A DNA stretch of 64,000 nt. Origin: an uncultured Chlamydiae bacterium. Lineage in GTDB: Bacteria; Chlamydiota; Chlamydiia; Chlamydiales; SM23-39. The notes below the pieces were generated by a model. The model did not search any database, was not told where the DNA came from, and worked only from the letters and a program-made list of their open reading frames with translations. Location of the stretch: the NCBI GenBank assembly GCA_963828125.1, contig CAWHDP010000002.1:1024001-1088000 (forward strand). Reading direction: 5' to 3'. Position 1 is the first letter of the stretch, and every line of letters begins with the position of its first letter. The translations under genes were made by a program, and so were the position numbers. Positions 39,224-49,299 of the stretch are shown piece after piece.

Positions 39224-40280
39224 GACGCGTTTCGTCCATTAAACGGAAATTTCTAAAGGCTTCGATAGAGTAGTCTAGTAGTTCAGCCGCTTTTGATTCA
39301 CCAATATATTCCTCGCCTAATGCATGAAAAACCATCTGCTTGAAAATATGAGTTTTTTCAGAAGGAGTTTGGTTGCCGGGCTCTTGTTTATTCCAACCCT
39401 TCTGATTGAAGACAAAAACCAAATTATTGAAATAAGACTCTTTTATAATTCCAACGTCTTTCAAACGATAACAAATTGAGTACATACTTAATTTAAACTC
39501 TTCTTTTAACAGAAACAATTCTCTCCATTCAATCGAAGTTCGAATCTTACCCATTTCTTGAATGATAGTTTCCTTTGGCAGCAGAAAAGCTCCAGCAAAA
39601 CGATTGCATGCTTTTTCCTCATTCAGCTCCTTGGATAATCTGTTCTGAAGAATAAAATGACCCAACTCGTGGGCTAGAGTAAAACGCTGTCGATCTCCAG
39701 GCCATTTTGAGCTTATTACAACAATAGGTTGGTCATTAATTAGGGTAGAAAGTCCATCGAACATTTTTTCTTCGTAATCAACAATAAATACCCTTATTCC
39801 GTGACTTTCAAGAACATCTATAAGATCCTGAATTGGCGCCCTCCCTAATTTCCAGAGATTTCTTATTTTATTGGCAATGTCTTCAATTTGGTTATATTCA
39901 TCAATTCGATCTGATAATGAGTCTGGGATTTTGAATAATTGAATCGGAGGATTTGGATAAAGATTTTCTAATTCCAAACGACGTTCAATTTGATCGGCAA
40001 TCTGAGCTTTAATAGACTCTTCAACTTTTTTTCTTAAACGCTGTCTTTTTCGAAATTTGATTTCTCCGAGCTTGACAGTCTCTGGGCGAAAGAAAAATTC
40101 CACGGAGACCTCTAAAGCTTTAGCCAGTTTTAAAAGGACATCTGAAGAAGGAGTTAATGAGCCTTTTTCATACTTGCTTATTGCCATATGGCTCAAACCC
40201 ACAAGCTCCGCCAGCTTGCGAAGTCCGAAGCCTGAAGCTTTTCTTGCTCTTTCAAGGCGTTTTCCTAAATTTTTTGACAT
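39207..40280 (-). CDS. XRE HTH + ImmA/IrrE Zn-metallopeptidase fusion
   Basis: HTH LAELVGLSHMAISKYEKG; RQRFTLAHELGH; EKACNRFAGAFLLP; GGAG upstream of ATG 40280. Confidence 0.88.
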   Translation of the reverse strand: MSKNLGKRLERARKASGFGLRKLAELVGLSHMAISKYEKGSLTPSSDVLLKLAKALEVSVEFFFRPETVKLGEIKFRKRQRLRKKVEESIKAQIADQIERRLELENLYPNPPIQLFKIPDSLSDRIDEYNQIEDIANKIRNLWKLGRAPIQDLIDVLESHGIRVFIVDYEEKMFDGLSTLINDQPIVVISSKWPGDRQRFTLAHELGHFILQNRLSKELNEEKACNRFAGAFLLPKETIIQEMGKIRTSIEWRELFLLKEEFKLSMYSICYRLKDVGIIKESYFNNLVFVFNQKGWNKQEPGNQTPSEKTHIFKQMVFHALGEEYIGESKAAELLDYSIEAFRNFRLMDETRHAAAR

Positions 40281-40298
40281 GCTTCCGACTCTCCTCTT

Positions 40299-40339
40299 TT
40301 GTTTACATTTTATCATTTTTTTAATCGTTTTGTAAACAA
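40299..40339. promoter_or_regulatory. Inverted repeat TTGTTTACA...TGTAAACAA, putative autoregulatory operator
   Basis: Perfect 9-bp inverted pair just upstream of the XRE-IrrE gene. Confidence 0.45.
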
Positions 40340-40527
40340 CAAAACAGCATGTCATTTATTATTAATCACTTGCGAATCCAGCAGTCATCCGATGCCGTAT
40401 GTTCTATCTCCTATTCGGCACACCTTGTAAAGATATGCGAAGCATTTTACACTTTTTTTAAAAAAATTAGTGATTCAATAAATGGAAGTTACAGTCGACA
40501 TAAACCAATATTTAACTAATTGATGAT

Positions 40528-41708
40528 TTGGAGGCGATGGCCATGACTTTTCTCCTTGCATTCGACACAGGAGTTAAAACCCGATTTGCCATTATTGGCG
40601 ACGAGGGACTAGACGAGGCGCAGGAAAGGTGGAACTGGTTGGTTGGGGAGTGTGATCGGCTCATCCCTGGGTTTAGTGGTGATTACACAACGGTTGATAG
40701 TCCCTTCGGATTCCTTGAGCAAATCTACCTCGGGAAACTGATACAAGACCTCCAGCAGGAGCGTAAAGATCGCATGGTTGGATATTTCCCAAAGCCTGAG
40801 GTTTTGTTTCATGTCCTCGATAGATTTTACAAGGAGGCGTCTCAGTCCAATTCAGTTGATTCTGGCGGAGTCTTGGGCGGGGTTGTTGACTTCTTGACAA
40901 GGGAAATCCTAGTTACAATGGATGCTCTTCAGTATTTTTTCTTGGACATTGTTGATCGAAAAGAGCTCATTGAAAAATCTATTGCTTGGCGTGAAGAACA
41001 TCGCTGCCATTCGCATGCCATCAGTGTTTGCGGCATGCTGGAAGACTGGGAAAAAGCTTTAAGGGAAGGGGACAAGGGGGCTGGCTTTCAAATTTTAGTG
41101 AGGCACTTGGCTTGGCATGTCCTGATGTCCCATGAGTGGTTAATAAATACGGGCCTGGAAAATGTCCCTTATGCCACTATTTGCCAGTTCGAGCAAAACA
41201 TAGCACTTCGGCTTCTGTATAGTTACCTATGCAAATCAAAGGGGGGGCAAATCTTTCAGGAGCGCGCCTTTTTGCCAGATTGGAGAGGCTCGGGTCGTAT
41301 AATAAATTTGCCCAATCGGAGAAACTTTGGAATTTGCGCCTCAATCTCTTTAAAGAGAAGGATAGGGAGCTATTAGATGGGGATCTTACAGAGTTTCTTG
41401 TAACAGGCTATATGTACAGGGAGGAACGCCACTCACTTATAGGACTTACTTGCGATGGGAAAAAGCTAAGGGAACGGCTCAAAGCGACCATCAGAGGCGT
41501 AAGATACGTAAACAAAATTTTAGGTGATAGGGAGCGAAAAGTGGAGTTGCCTTTTAGGACTCCTGATCGCATACCGATTCATCCTGGCATTATGATAGTG
41601 GTCGATCAGCACCGTAAAAATCCGACAGAAAAGATAGATGTGCGGCAGCTCATAGCTGAGATTGATGCAGAAAATGACGGAAATCCAACGGAGTTGTCAA
41701 TTGAATAA
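40528..41708 (+). pseudogene. Hypothetical protein probably split by a frameshift at G7 (41241-41247)
   Basis: ORFs 40528-41376 and 41229-41708 overlap and can be joined at the G run. Confidence 0.45.
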
Positions 41709-42050
41709 AGGTCCATGTTCAAAAAACCAGAGGATCACTGCGCCAACAATGAGCCATGCCAATTTGCTCCACCGCTCCCAAAGGCTGTTTTTCTTATGAG
41801 AAACGATTTCACTTTGGGCTAGCTGTTTAAAGCTAGATAAAAAGCACCCGTTCTCGAAAAGCCGTCCGGATAATTTTGTCAGACTATCATGATTTTCAAG
41901 GGTAGCAATCACCTCTTTGCGAGCCTGAAGGCGAAAATCCTCGCTTTCGGACCATCTTTGGAGTTCTTGTAAAATATGGTCTTGACGTTTTTTAAACTCC
42001 ACATCAAATCTTTCTTCATTCGAATATTTAACCTGTTCATTTTTAGCCAC
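41697..42050 (-). CDS. Hypothetical protein with C-terminal TM helix
   Basis: LAWLIVGAVILWFF; coupled to upstream ImmA/IrrE gene. Confidence 0.55.
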   Translation of the reverse strand: MAKNEQVKYSNEERFDVEFKKRQDHILQELQRWSESEDFRLQARKEVIATLENHDSLTKLSGRLFENGCFLSSFKQLAQSEIVSHKKNSLWERWSKLAWLIVGAVILWFFEHGPLFN

Positions 42051-42633
42051 GTAAGTTCATCTTTCTGAATCCGATGAGCGACTGTGAAACGTTAAATAAT
42101 CGAACTAGCTCAATGTCAGACTTTTCTTGGTACTCCTTGAGCATTCTTTCGGGAACAAGGAGATAGGCAGCAAAAGCATTTGCTTCAATTTCAAGCGGTT
42201 CAGTTTCTCCACCAATTGGCTTGCGATAGAAAATTCGAATATTATTTTTATCGGCTTTGACCTCATCCGGGTGCATTAGCCAGTGACCTAGCTCGTGGGC
42301 TATAGAGAAATTTTGGCGCCGTATCGAGTCTTCTTTATTTACTACAATCCACTTTTTGTCGAAGTCAATGTATCCGGCAATGTCTTTGTCATCAAAAGAA
42401 GCCCTAAACACGGTAAGCCCGTAATTTTCAACTAGTTCATGAATGACAACTGGGGGCGACTCAATGAAATTATCCTTGAGGGTCTTTTCGGCTTCAATCC
42501 TTCCCTTTGCAATATGAGACTCTTTATTTAGCACCATATGGGTTATTTCCCTTCTCTCCTCTTTCTTTATGTCTAGATGAATCGAGGAAGGCGCCATTTT
42601 ATGCTCTTCCGCCTCAAAAGTCCACCATAACAT
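42043..42633 (-). CDS. ImmA/IrrE family metallopeptidase
   Basis: RQNFSIAHELGH, EIEANAFAAYLLVP. Confidence 0.85.
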   Translation of the reverse strand: MLWWTFEAEEHKMAPSSIHLDIKKEERREITHMVLNKESHIAKGRIEAEKTLKDNFIESPPVVIHELVENYGLTVFRASFDDKDIAGYIDFDKKWIVVNKEDSIRRQNFSIAHELGHWLMHPDEVKADKNNIRIFYRKPIGGETEPLEIEANAFAAYLLVPERMLKEYQEKSDIELVRLFNVSQSLIGFRKMNLRG

Positions 42634-42894
42634 AATTTTTTAACATATTTTTTAGGTTTGCTCGATAGAAACGATCCGTCAAGTTCAAAAAAGGGGGTGG
42701 CAGGGATTGGATGGGCTATTTTGAATATAGAACAAAATCGGAAATCCAACGGAGTTGCCAATTTCTTGGCCTTGACTTGGATTGATCTTGGTCGCCAATA
42801 ACTCCTGACAAAAATCCAGATCTCCCTATATACTGCTGCAAGCTAAGGTGATTTAGGGTCAGGCAAGGCGCTTGGCGACAAGGGCTTTCCAAGT

Positions 42895-42937
42895 CTGAAA
42901 ATCCTTGTGTCGCTGGTTCGATTCCAGTTCTGGCCAC
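42895..42937 (+). other. 3' half of tRNA-Phe(GAA), att-like site
   Basis: CTGAAAA anticodon loop, GCTGG-TTCGATT-CCAGT T-arm, TCTGGCCA acceptor strand; no 5' acceptor strand or D-arm upstream. Confidence 0.8.
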
Positions 42938-42941
42938 ATCA

Positions 42942-42981
42942 CCGGAGACATTTTCAGAAATGGCAATGTCTTCGGCTTTTT
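42942..42981 (+). terminator. Rho-independent terminator after the tRNA fragment
   Basis: ccggagacatt/aatgtcttcgg stem followed by T run. Confidence 0.55.
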
Positions 42982-42995
42982 CATTTTCTAACCCA

Positions 42996-43368
42996 TTATT
43001 TTTCTGTTTCCTCCCTTATAAATGCAAGTGATTTGAAAATAAGAGGATGGTGAGAATAGCTATGATTGCCAATTTCATGGCCTTCCTCATGAATTTGCCG
43101 CGCGAGGGCTGGGAACCGCTCAGCATTTTGTCCTAGCAAAAAGAAGGTCGCGGGTATTCCCTTCGAATGAAGAATTTTTAAACTCTTCTGTGTGCTGGGA
43201 AGGACCATCGTCAAAAGTTAAGGCAACCACTTTCATCGGAGTATTTACACGATGAATGCATTTTCCTAAAATTTGTGAAGACCGATGGCTCTTGAACCAT
43301 GCGAAGGAAGCATAAGAAAACGCCATTAATACGACAACCAGACCAGTCCAAAATATTTTTCTCTTCAT
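42996..43368 (-). pseudogene. Polysaccharide deacetylase (NodB-like), frameshifted and truncated
   Basis: VALTFDDGP in one frame; ATFFLLG and EIGNHSYSH in another; stops early. Confidence 0.8.
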
Positions 43369-43430
43369 GATTATACCATTGTAAAAAAACGAGAGTTTTA
43401 TTGGAAATTTAAAGGGATTAGGCCTAAGAT

Positions 43431-43898
43431 TTGCGATACATAGAGCCAAACAAAGACAAGATTGCCAAAGGCCTCTTGGAGTCAAAATCCTTAATGCACA
43501 TGCCTGGCTGGGAATCCGTGATGGGTCTACAATTTGAAAACCTTGTCGTAAACAACCTAAAAAGTCTCTGCAAGATTCTTCGCATCGATCTAATTGAGAT
43601 TGCCAACGCAGGCCCATTCTTTCAAAGAGCCACAAAACGCCAGAAAGGCTGCCAAATCGATCTAATGATTCAGACTAGGCACAATGCCCTCTATGTGTGC
43701 GAAATCAAATTCAGCACCTCGGAAATCAAAAGCCTCGTGATTGAAGAAATGGAGAGAAAAGTCGAAAGTCTATCTACTCCAAAAGGATTCTCAATTAGGC
43801 CGGTCCTCATCCACGTTAACGGAGTATCTCAAGCTATAAAGGATAGTGAAGTTTTTAATGATATAATCGACTTTTCCCAATTTTTTAGCCAAACATAG
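43431..43898 (+). pseudogene. C-terminal PD-(D/E)xK fragment of an AAA ATPase-nuclease protein
   Basis: GLQFENL, QIDLMIQ..YVCEIKFS; ATPase N-terminus absent. Confidence 0.65.
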
Positions 43899-43901
43899 CA
43901 T

Positions 43902-44228
43902 CTATTCATCACAAGAAAGGTGCATCATGGCATGGATATCCCAATCCACCGCTTCATATTTTAGATGCAACTTGCGTGACTCCGGTGTATTCAAGTGCTT
44001 CGTCAAATAATCTTCAAGATTCGTCTTCAACATGTGCTTTACAACAGAATCCGGCCATTCCCAAATATGCAGGTTACGATGAATACCATAAATAAAGTGA
44101 TAGCACTCCCTCTTGATGTCATCATACGCAACAATATCAACGAGCTGGTTATCACGATCTGGAAAAGCATTCAGTTGGTCAGCCACACCAAAAACAAGAA
44201 TTATTGCTAACAGCCTGGAAACACTCAT
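43902..44228 (-). CDS. Hypothetical exported protein
   Basis: Signal-peptide-like N-terminus; overlaps stop of upstream gene. Confidence 0.45.
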   Translation of the reverse strand: MSVSRLLAIILVFGVADQLNAFPDRDNQLVDIVAYDDIKRECYHFIYGIHRNLHIWEWPDSVVKHMLKTNLEDYLTKHLNTPESRKLHLKYEAVDWDIHAMMHLSCDE

Positions 44229-44647
44229 ATAGCACTCGTGTTATTGCTATCAAGCTTGCTGTAAAACTTACTCAACTCTTTCTTAAACTTAAAGTCTTTG
44301 ATCGCTTCCTCGATCGCCTGTTCAACGATATCGGTCTTAGAGATTTTCTTATCTCCCCTAAGCTTTCGGATTTCAATCCAGCAGTCCTCAAGTTCACCAA
44401 GAACTGCCTTAGAAAGATTAAAGGTAGCCTTTTCCTTTTCGACCAGAACCTCGCCGAACCCTTCAGGCGGCTCCATCCCATCAAAATGAGCTTGCTTTAT
44501 TGTTTTATTGCTAACTTGTTTGATTTCTTTCTTGGAAGACAGCTTTATTGCTTGCGTGCTTTCTTGCTCTACAGCAACCTGGCTTTCTGGTTTTATTGTT
44601 TCTCCCATCAAGGCTCCAAGAATATCTGGAGTCGCTTTTCTGTTCAT
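44225..44647 (-). CDS. Putative partition partner (ParG/RHH-like)
   Basis: Coupled to parA; KEKATFNLSKAV..ISKTDIVEQAI resembles ribbon-helix-helix. Confidence 0.55.
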   Translation of the reverse strand: MNRKATPDILGALMGETIKPESQVAVEQESTQAIKLSSKKEIKQVSNKTIKQAHFDGMEPPEGFGEVLVEKEKATFNLSKAVLGELEDCWIEIRKLRGDKKISKTDIVEQAIEEAIKDFKFKKELSKFYSKLDSNNTSAI

Positions 44648-45384
44648 GATGCCATTACCTTTTGAACTGTGGATTTGTAATCTTGCGCGCCGGTTGATCG
44701 GGGAGCGTACTCAAAAATAGTCTGACCAAACCCACTTGCCTCAGAAATGCGCGAGCAGTAGCGAATAGGAGCGCAAAGGATCGGTTTGTAGTGCTTCTCA
44801 AGCAAAGCCATGATCTCTTTAGATTTCTTTACGCGCCCATCAGCAAAGGCAGGCAAAAGGTAGCTATGCTTGAGTCCTGGGTTAAACTTTCGCACCCCTT
44901 CTAGTCGTTGGGTGAATTCGGCAAGACTATTCAAGCTGAGGGCCTCCAATGACACAGGAACGAGAATCTCGGTGCAGTAGAAAAGGGCATTGATGGTCAA
45001 GCTGTCCCAAGATGGGGCAGTATCAACCAGGACGAAGTCGAACTTGCCCTCAATGGTGGAGAGGGCATCAGAAAGCGTCTTCTCGGCCCCAAAATCTTTC
45101 CGGCCAATCGACCGCTTAACCCCAGACAAAGCTTTCCCTCCAGCTAAAATAAAAAGGTTCGGCCTGGCCTCATGCATCGCCTCAAGAGGGGAGACCTCCT
45201 CATTCAAGACATCCGCAAGCCCGTGCTTTGGGCTAACCCCAAGAAGGTAGCTATCCTGCCCTTGGTCGTCGGAATCGATCAGAAGAACTTTTTTGCCAGC
45301 CATCGCGAGCCCATGAGCAAGCGATACCGCTGAAGTTGACTTGGCGACACCGCCCTTGCTTAGTGATATGCAAATCTTTCTCAT
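44644..45384 (-). CDS. parA: ParA family partition ATPase
   Basis: KGGVAKST deviant Walker A, VLLIDSD, FVLVDTAP. Confidence 0.9.
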   Translation of the reverse strand: MRKICISLSKGGVAKSTSAVSLAHGLAMAGKKVLLIDSDDQGQDSYLLGVSPKHGLADVLNEEVSPLEAMHEARPNLFILAGGKALSGVKRSIGRKDFGAEKTLSDALSTIEGKFDFVLVDTAPSWDSLTINALFYCTEILVPVSLEALSLNSLAEFTQRLEGVRKFNPGLKHSYLLPAFADGRVKKSKEIMALLEKHYKPILCAPIRYCSRISEASGFGQTIFEYAPRSTGAQDYKSTVQKVMAS

Positions 45385-45391
45385 GTTTGCT

Positions 45392-45580
45392 TTATGGTTT
45401 TATTGCTTTATTGTTTTCTTCCATTCTCTTCACGATCCACCCCTCTAAAGCAGTGCGCTCGAATTTCCATGCACGCCCCATCCGAAAGGCGGGGATTTCC
45501 CCAGATTTCACAAGTTTGTAGAGGGTAATCCGCTTGGTTTTCAGCAGAGAGCAGGCCTCTTTCGTTGTCAAAATCTCCAT
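45392..45580 (-). CDS. Excisionase-like HTH DNA-binding protein
   Basis: LTTKEACSLL..TLYKLVKSGEIPAFRMGRAWKF; GGAG RBS. Confidence 0.85.
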   Translation of the reverse strand: MEILTTKEACSLLKTKRITLYKLVKSGEIPAFRMGRAWKFERTALEGWIVKRMEENNKAIKP

Positions 45581-46006
45581 CTAAAACTCCCTCTTTTGAT
45601 CTAAGTCATACATTAAAGAACTGATTTATACAATACAGAAATCAGCGCCTACTCTATGATTTCATAGACAAAACGGGGGAACTGTGCTGAACCGATTATT
45701 TTTATTTCTTCAGGCGATCACGATGCTTTCCTTATGCGGCTTCCTGGGCTTCTCCGGCTTTTTTTGTGAGAAGGAGAGAACGCCAGGAAGGAAAAAAAAT
45801 AGGAGAATCCACAACAATCATTTACAGCTATCAATTTAAAAATTAGGCGGTTACAGCCAAGGATCTGTTGATTGTCTTGAATGATTCTAGGCTAAAATAA
45901 ATCATTGCTGTCCCATTCGTGTCCCACGGATCTCTCTTCATTTATCAGCAACCTAACTACAGTAACGGTTCAAAAGGTCCCAAAGCCCCCTTTTTAAAAC
46001 AAGGGA

Positions 46007-46054
46007 ACCCGGAAGCACTTGACTTCCGGGTAGCTTCCGGGTTATCTTCCGGGT
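46007..46054 (+). promoter_or_regulatory. Promoter overlapped by CTTCCGGGT repeats
   Basis: Three direct copies (46023, 46034, 46046) plus one inverted (46007); TTGACT-18bp-TATCTT. Confidence 0.55.
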
Positions 46055-46074
46055 ACTTATTTTGAGAAAAGGCC

Positions 46075-47421
46075 ATGATAGAGGAATTACTCCAACAAGA
46101 AGAAGGAAAAACCTTAGAGTTCAAAGAAAACAGCAAGAGCTTGGATAGGATTATCCATACAATCATCGCCTTCGCGAATACCGCGGGAGGAAAGGTTCTG
46201 ATTGGGGTCAAGGATAAGACGAAAGAGATCGTTGGACTACAAGACCCCGTCGAAGAAGAGATGCGGCTTGCAAATGCCATTGCGGACTCTATAGAGCCTC
46301 TTTTCAATCCAGACATTCACGTAGTATCATGGAGAAATAAAGAGTTTTTGCTCATTCAAGTGCCCCATAGCGTAGGCCCCTACTATGCGAAGGTAAAAGG
46401 ATTGAAAAAGGGAACTTACATTCGACTTGGATCTACAAATCGCTTGGCCGATGCGGCCATTTTAGCAGAGTTAGAGAGACTGGGAGAGAACGAATGCTTC
46501 GATGAGATGCCGACCACTGGTTGCTCTATCCAAGCTCTTGATCTTGAGGCCATCAAGGCGTGCTTTAAAAAAGTGGGTAAGAAATTCGAGGAATCCACGG
46601 CCTTCTCCCTTCATCTGTATCTGAAAAAGCAGTCTAAATCGATTCCAAGCAAGGGGGCTATCCTATTGTTTGGCAAAAACCGAAAGGAACTCTTCCCTCA
46701 TGCGACTATTCGCTGCGTTCGCTTTTCGGGGATAGCCAGAGATGAAGTCTTGGATCATCAGGATATCGACGACTATCTACCACTGGCCTTGGATAAAATT
46801 ATCTCATTTGTGCAACGCAATACCAAGTTGGGCGCCGAGATTGGCCCATCGATCCGAAAAAATATCGCAGAATATCCACCCGTCGTAGTGAAAGAGGCCG
46901 TTACCAATGCTTTAATCCATACAGACTACAGCGCCGCCGGGAGCCAAACTCAAGTGGCTATCTTTGATGACCGGATCGAGATCACAAATCCAGGGGCCCT
47001 GCCCTTTGGGCTCAATTTAGAAGACGCCCTCCAAGGAGTCTCTCAACTGAGAAACAGAGTCATCGGCCGTTGCTTCCGAGAACTGGAACTAATCGAGCTT
47101 TGGGGATCTGGCTTGAAGCGAATGATTTCTCAATGTCAAAAATCGGGGATAGCGATTCCGAAGTTTGAAGAATTAGGCCATTTTTTCCGTGTTACCCTAT
47201 TTAATCGCAGGGAAGCAGTCCTCGTGATTCGTGGATGGAGAAAAGATCTAATGGATCTGATTGCAAAACGCAAGGAGGTCACTACAAAGGATGCTGCAAC
47301 CTTTTGGAAGATCTCGGATCGCGCAGCAAGAGTTCGCCTCAAAAAAATGGTCGAAGAGGGTCTTATTGCTGCAATATCCACCCACGCCTTTGATCCTCAA
47401 AAGAAATTCGTTCTCAAGTGA
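46075..47421 (+). CDS. AlbA_2 (Schlafen-like) DNA-binding + HATPase_c_4 + HTH protein
   Basis: EGKTLEFKE, AFANTAGG, EAVTNALIHTDY, IEITNPG, IELWGSG. Confidence 0.85.
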   Translation: MIEELLQQEEGKTLEFKENSKSLDRIIHTIIAFANTAGGKVLIGVKDKTKEIVGLQDPVEEEMRLANAIADSIEPLFNPDIHVVSWRNKEFLLIQVPHSVGPYYAKVKGLKKGTYIRLGSTNRLADAAILAELERLGENECFDEMPTTGCSIQALDLEAIKACFKKVGKKFEESTAFSLHLYLKKQSKSIPSKGAILLFGKNRKELFPHATIRCVRFSGIARDEVLDHQDIDDYLPLALDKIISFVQRNTKLGAEIGPSIRKNIAEYPPVVVKEAVTNALIHTDYSAAGSQTQVAIFDDRIEITNPGALPFGLNLEDALQGVSQLRNRVIGRCFRELELIELWGSGLKRMISQCQKSGIAIPKFEELGHFFRVTLFNRREAVLVIRGWRKDLMDLIAKRKEVTTKDAATFWKISDRAARVRLKKMVEEGLIAAISTHAFDPQKKFVLK

Positions 47422-47467
47422 ATTAAAATTCTATTCGTTATCCAAGACAGAGGTGAATGTCGAGCTT

Positions 47468-47824
47468 TTAAAAAAGCTTCCCACCAATTTTTGCTTCAGC
47501 AAAAGGGGTAATGAAAGTGGCCTCCCCGCTTTCTGCTTTCGGATATTGCGCTCCTAAAGTCAAAACTTCTGAAAGAACGTCCCCGATTTGTCTTGGAGGA
47601 AAATTTAAGATACCAAAAACAAGTTTACCTTTGATTTCCTCAGGCTTGTGTTGAGTAAATCTTCCTACACTGGTCTTGATCCCAAATTTTCCGAAATCGA
47701 TTTTCAGTTTGTAGGCTTTCTTAGGTGCTGTAGGTTCTTCTTCAACACTGATCACCCGCCCTAGACGGATTTCCAGTTTATCGAAAGTTTCCTCTTTTGA
47801 AACGATCTCTTTTTCTTCTGTCAT
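47468..47824 (-). CDS. tRNA-binding OB-fold protein (CsaA/Trbp111 family)
   Basis: LEIRLGRV, AYKLKIDFG, NFPPRQIG..SEVLTLG. Confidence 0.85.
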   Translation of the reverse strand: MTEEKEIVSKEETFDKLEIRLGRVISVEEEPTAPKKAYKLKIDFGKFGIKTSVGRFTQHKPEEIKGKLVFGILNFPPRQIGDVLSEVLTLGAQYPKAESGEATFITPFAEAKIGGKLF

Positions 47825-47834
47825 AAAACACTCC

Positions 47835-48371
47835 TTACGTATTTAATTTTCGATACATGATGCACCCATCTTGATAGCTTCCATCCGGATTCCGAACAGC
47901 CTGAGAGAGTGTGCCAACTATGTTGAATCCAAGTTTTTCATAGAGCTTTAGTGCGATGATATTTTGGCTAAGTACCATATTGAATTGCATGGCCTGAAAT
48001 CCGAGATTTTTAGCGATCTCTAGCGAGGCGGCAGCTAAAAGGGTCCCCACGCCTTGGCCTCGATGTGTTCCTCTGATCATATAGGCTGCATTGGCAATGT
48101 GGCTCGATCTCCCGGAAAAATTCGGTCTGATGTAAAAGCCGCCAACCACTTCGTTGTTCGAGGAATGACAAACATAGACATGTGAAAGGGGGGCAAAAAA
48201 TTGACGATGAAATTCCTGAAGGGAGCTGCTCTCGTAAGGAAATTGGGTACCAGAATCGACCACTTCCTGAAATACTTCGTAGAGGCCGCCTTCATCTTCT
48301 TGGCTAAATGATTTTAGAGAATAACCCAACCGAGCCAATCGTTCGTGGATCTGTGATAAAGACTCTTTCAT
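47835..48371 (-). CDS. GNAT acetyltransferase
   Basis: HIANAAYM, RGQGVG, AMQFNMVLSQN, LYEKLGF. Confidence 0.88.
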   Translation of the reverse strand: MKESLSQIHERLARLGYSLKSFSQEDEGGLYEVFQEVVDSGTQFPYESSSLQEFHRQFFAPLSHVYVCHSSNNEVVGGFYIRPNFSGRSSHIANAAYMIRGTHRGQGVGTLLAAASLEIAKNLGFQAMQFNMVLSQNIIALKLYEKLGFNIVGTLSQAVRNPDGSYQDGCIMYRKLNT

Positions 48372-48859
48372 TTAGCGGTTCCGACAGCATCTTGCAGGAT
48401 CACGGAGGAATTCTTTCCTAATCGCGAGTTTTTAAGCCCTTTTGCATAAAGAGAGACTCCCTGATAAACAATCTCGATCTCCTCAGCAGTTAAAGTCAAA
48501 AGAGCCTCTTTGGTCTGATTAAATGCGATCGGTTCAAAGGCATTGAGGGTCTGTTTACCGATCTCTGTCAGTTGAAGAAACCGTTTTCTTTTGTCTTTTT
48601 CATCCAACGCGCATTTGACATACCCCTTTTTCACCGCTTTAGCAATCAATCGACTCGCAGTCGATTTATCTATCAGTAACCGATCAGCGATTTCTCCTGC
48701 CGTAGGACGCTCAAGGGAGGTTAATTCTATGAGAAGGTGACGCTCGGCCAGAGTCACGCCGATCTCGAAATAAGCATCGTTAAGAAGGCCAAGCTCACGT
48801 ACGACACTCCTTGCGTTGTGCCTCAACAGATCGACCTCTTCATTCAAAAGATTTTTCAT
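48368..48859 (-). CDS. MarR family transcriptional regulator
   Basis: IADRLLIDKSTASRLI, DKRKRFLQLT. Confidence 0.85.
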   Translation of the reverse strand: MKNLLNEEVDLLRHNARSVVRELGLLNDAYFEIGVTLAERHLLIELTSLERPTAGEIADRLLIDKSTASRLIAKAVKKGYVKCALDEKDKRKRFLQLTEIGKQTLNAFEPIAFNQTKEALLTLTAEEIEIVYQGVSLYAKGLKNSRLGKNSSVILQDAVGTAK

Positions 48860-48870
48860 AACATACCAGA

Positions 48871-48889
48871 TAGTTGTATATTGCAACTA
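48871..48889. promoter_or_regulatory. MarR-type palindromic operator TAGTTG-N7-CAACTA
   Basis: Palindrome 11 bp upstream of the marR ATG. Confidence 0.55.
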
Positions 48890-49286
48890 TTGTGCAAGAC
48901 TCGATCTTTTATAGCAAGAGATACGACTGAATCCTCCTACCCCAACATTTGAAGAATGGCCACGGCTCAAAAGGTTCAAAATGAAAGAGAGTCCCCGCCT
49001 TTTTTCTCTTCAATGGCAGGGTTCAAAAGGTTCAAAAAGAGAAGAGCAGGAGCTTTGTTCACTAGCCTGACTTTACAAGTTAACTGAAAAAAAATCCATT
49101 TCTCGAGGAGCAAAGGAGTGTGTACTGAAAAAACAGTTGTGAATTAATTCGTAGTTTTGGTAGGCTGCCAAACCGACAGCAGCCGTTGTTCCTCCTTCGG
49201 GAAGGAAAACGAAACAGTAGAAGCAAACTAGTTTTGCCTAAAAAGTTGTCCGGTCGATTGGGTTCACCTCAGCTCTTTTTCTAAAA

Positions 49287-49299
49287 TTGCGACAGAACC
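49287..49299 (-). mobile_element. Isolated IS terminal-repeat-like sequence (IS6-like GGTTCTGTCGCAA)
   Basis: Resembles IS6-family ends; no partner or transposase seen. Confidence 0.3.

Noticed and set aside
42866..42937. Intact tRNA-Phe
   Set aside because: No 5' acceptor strand or D-arm
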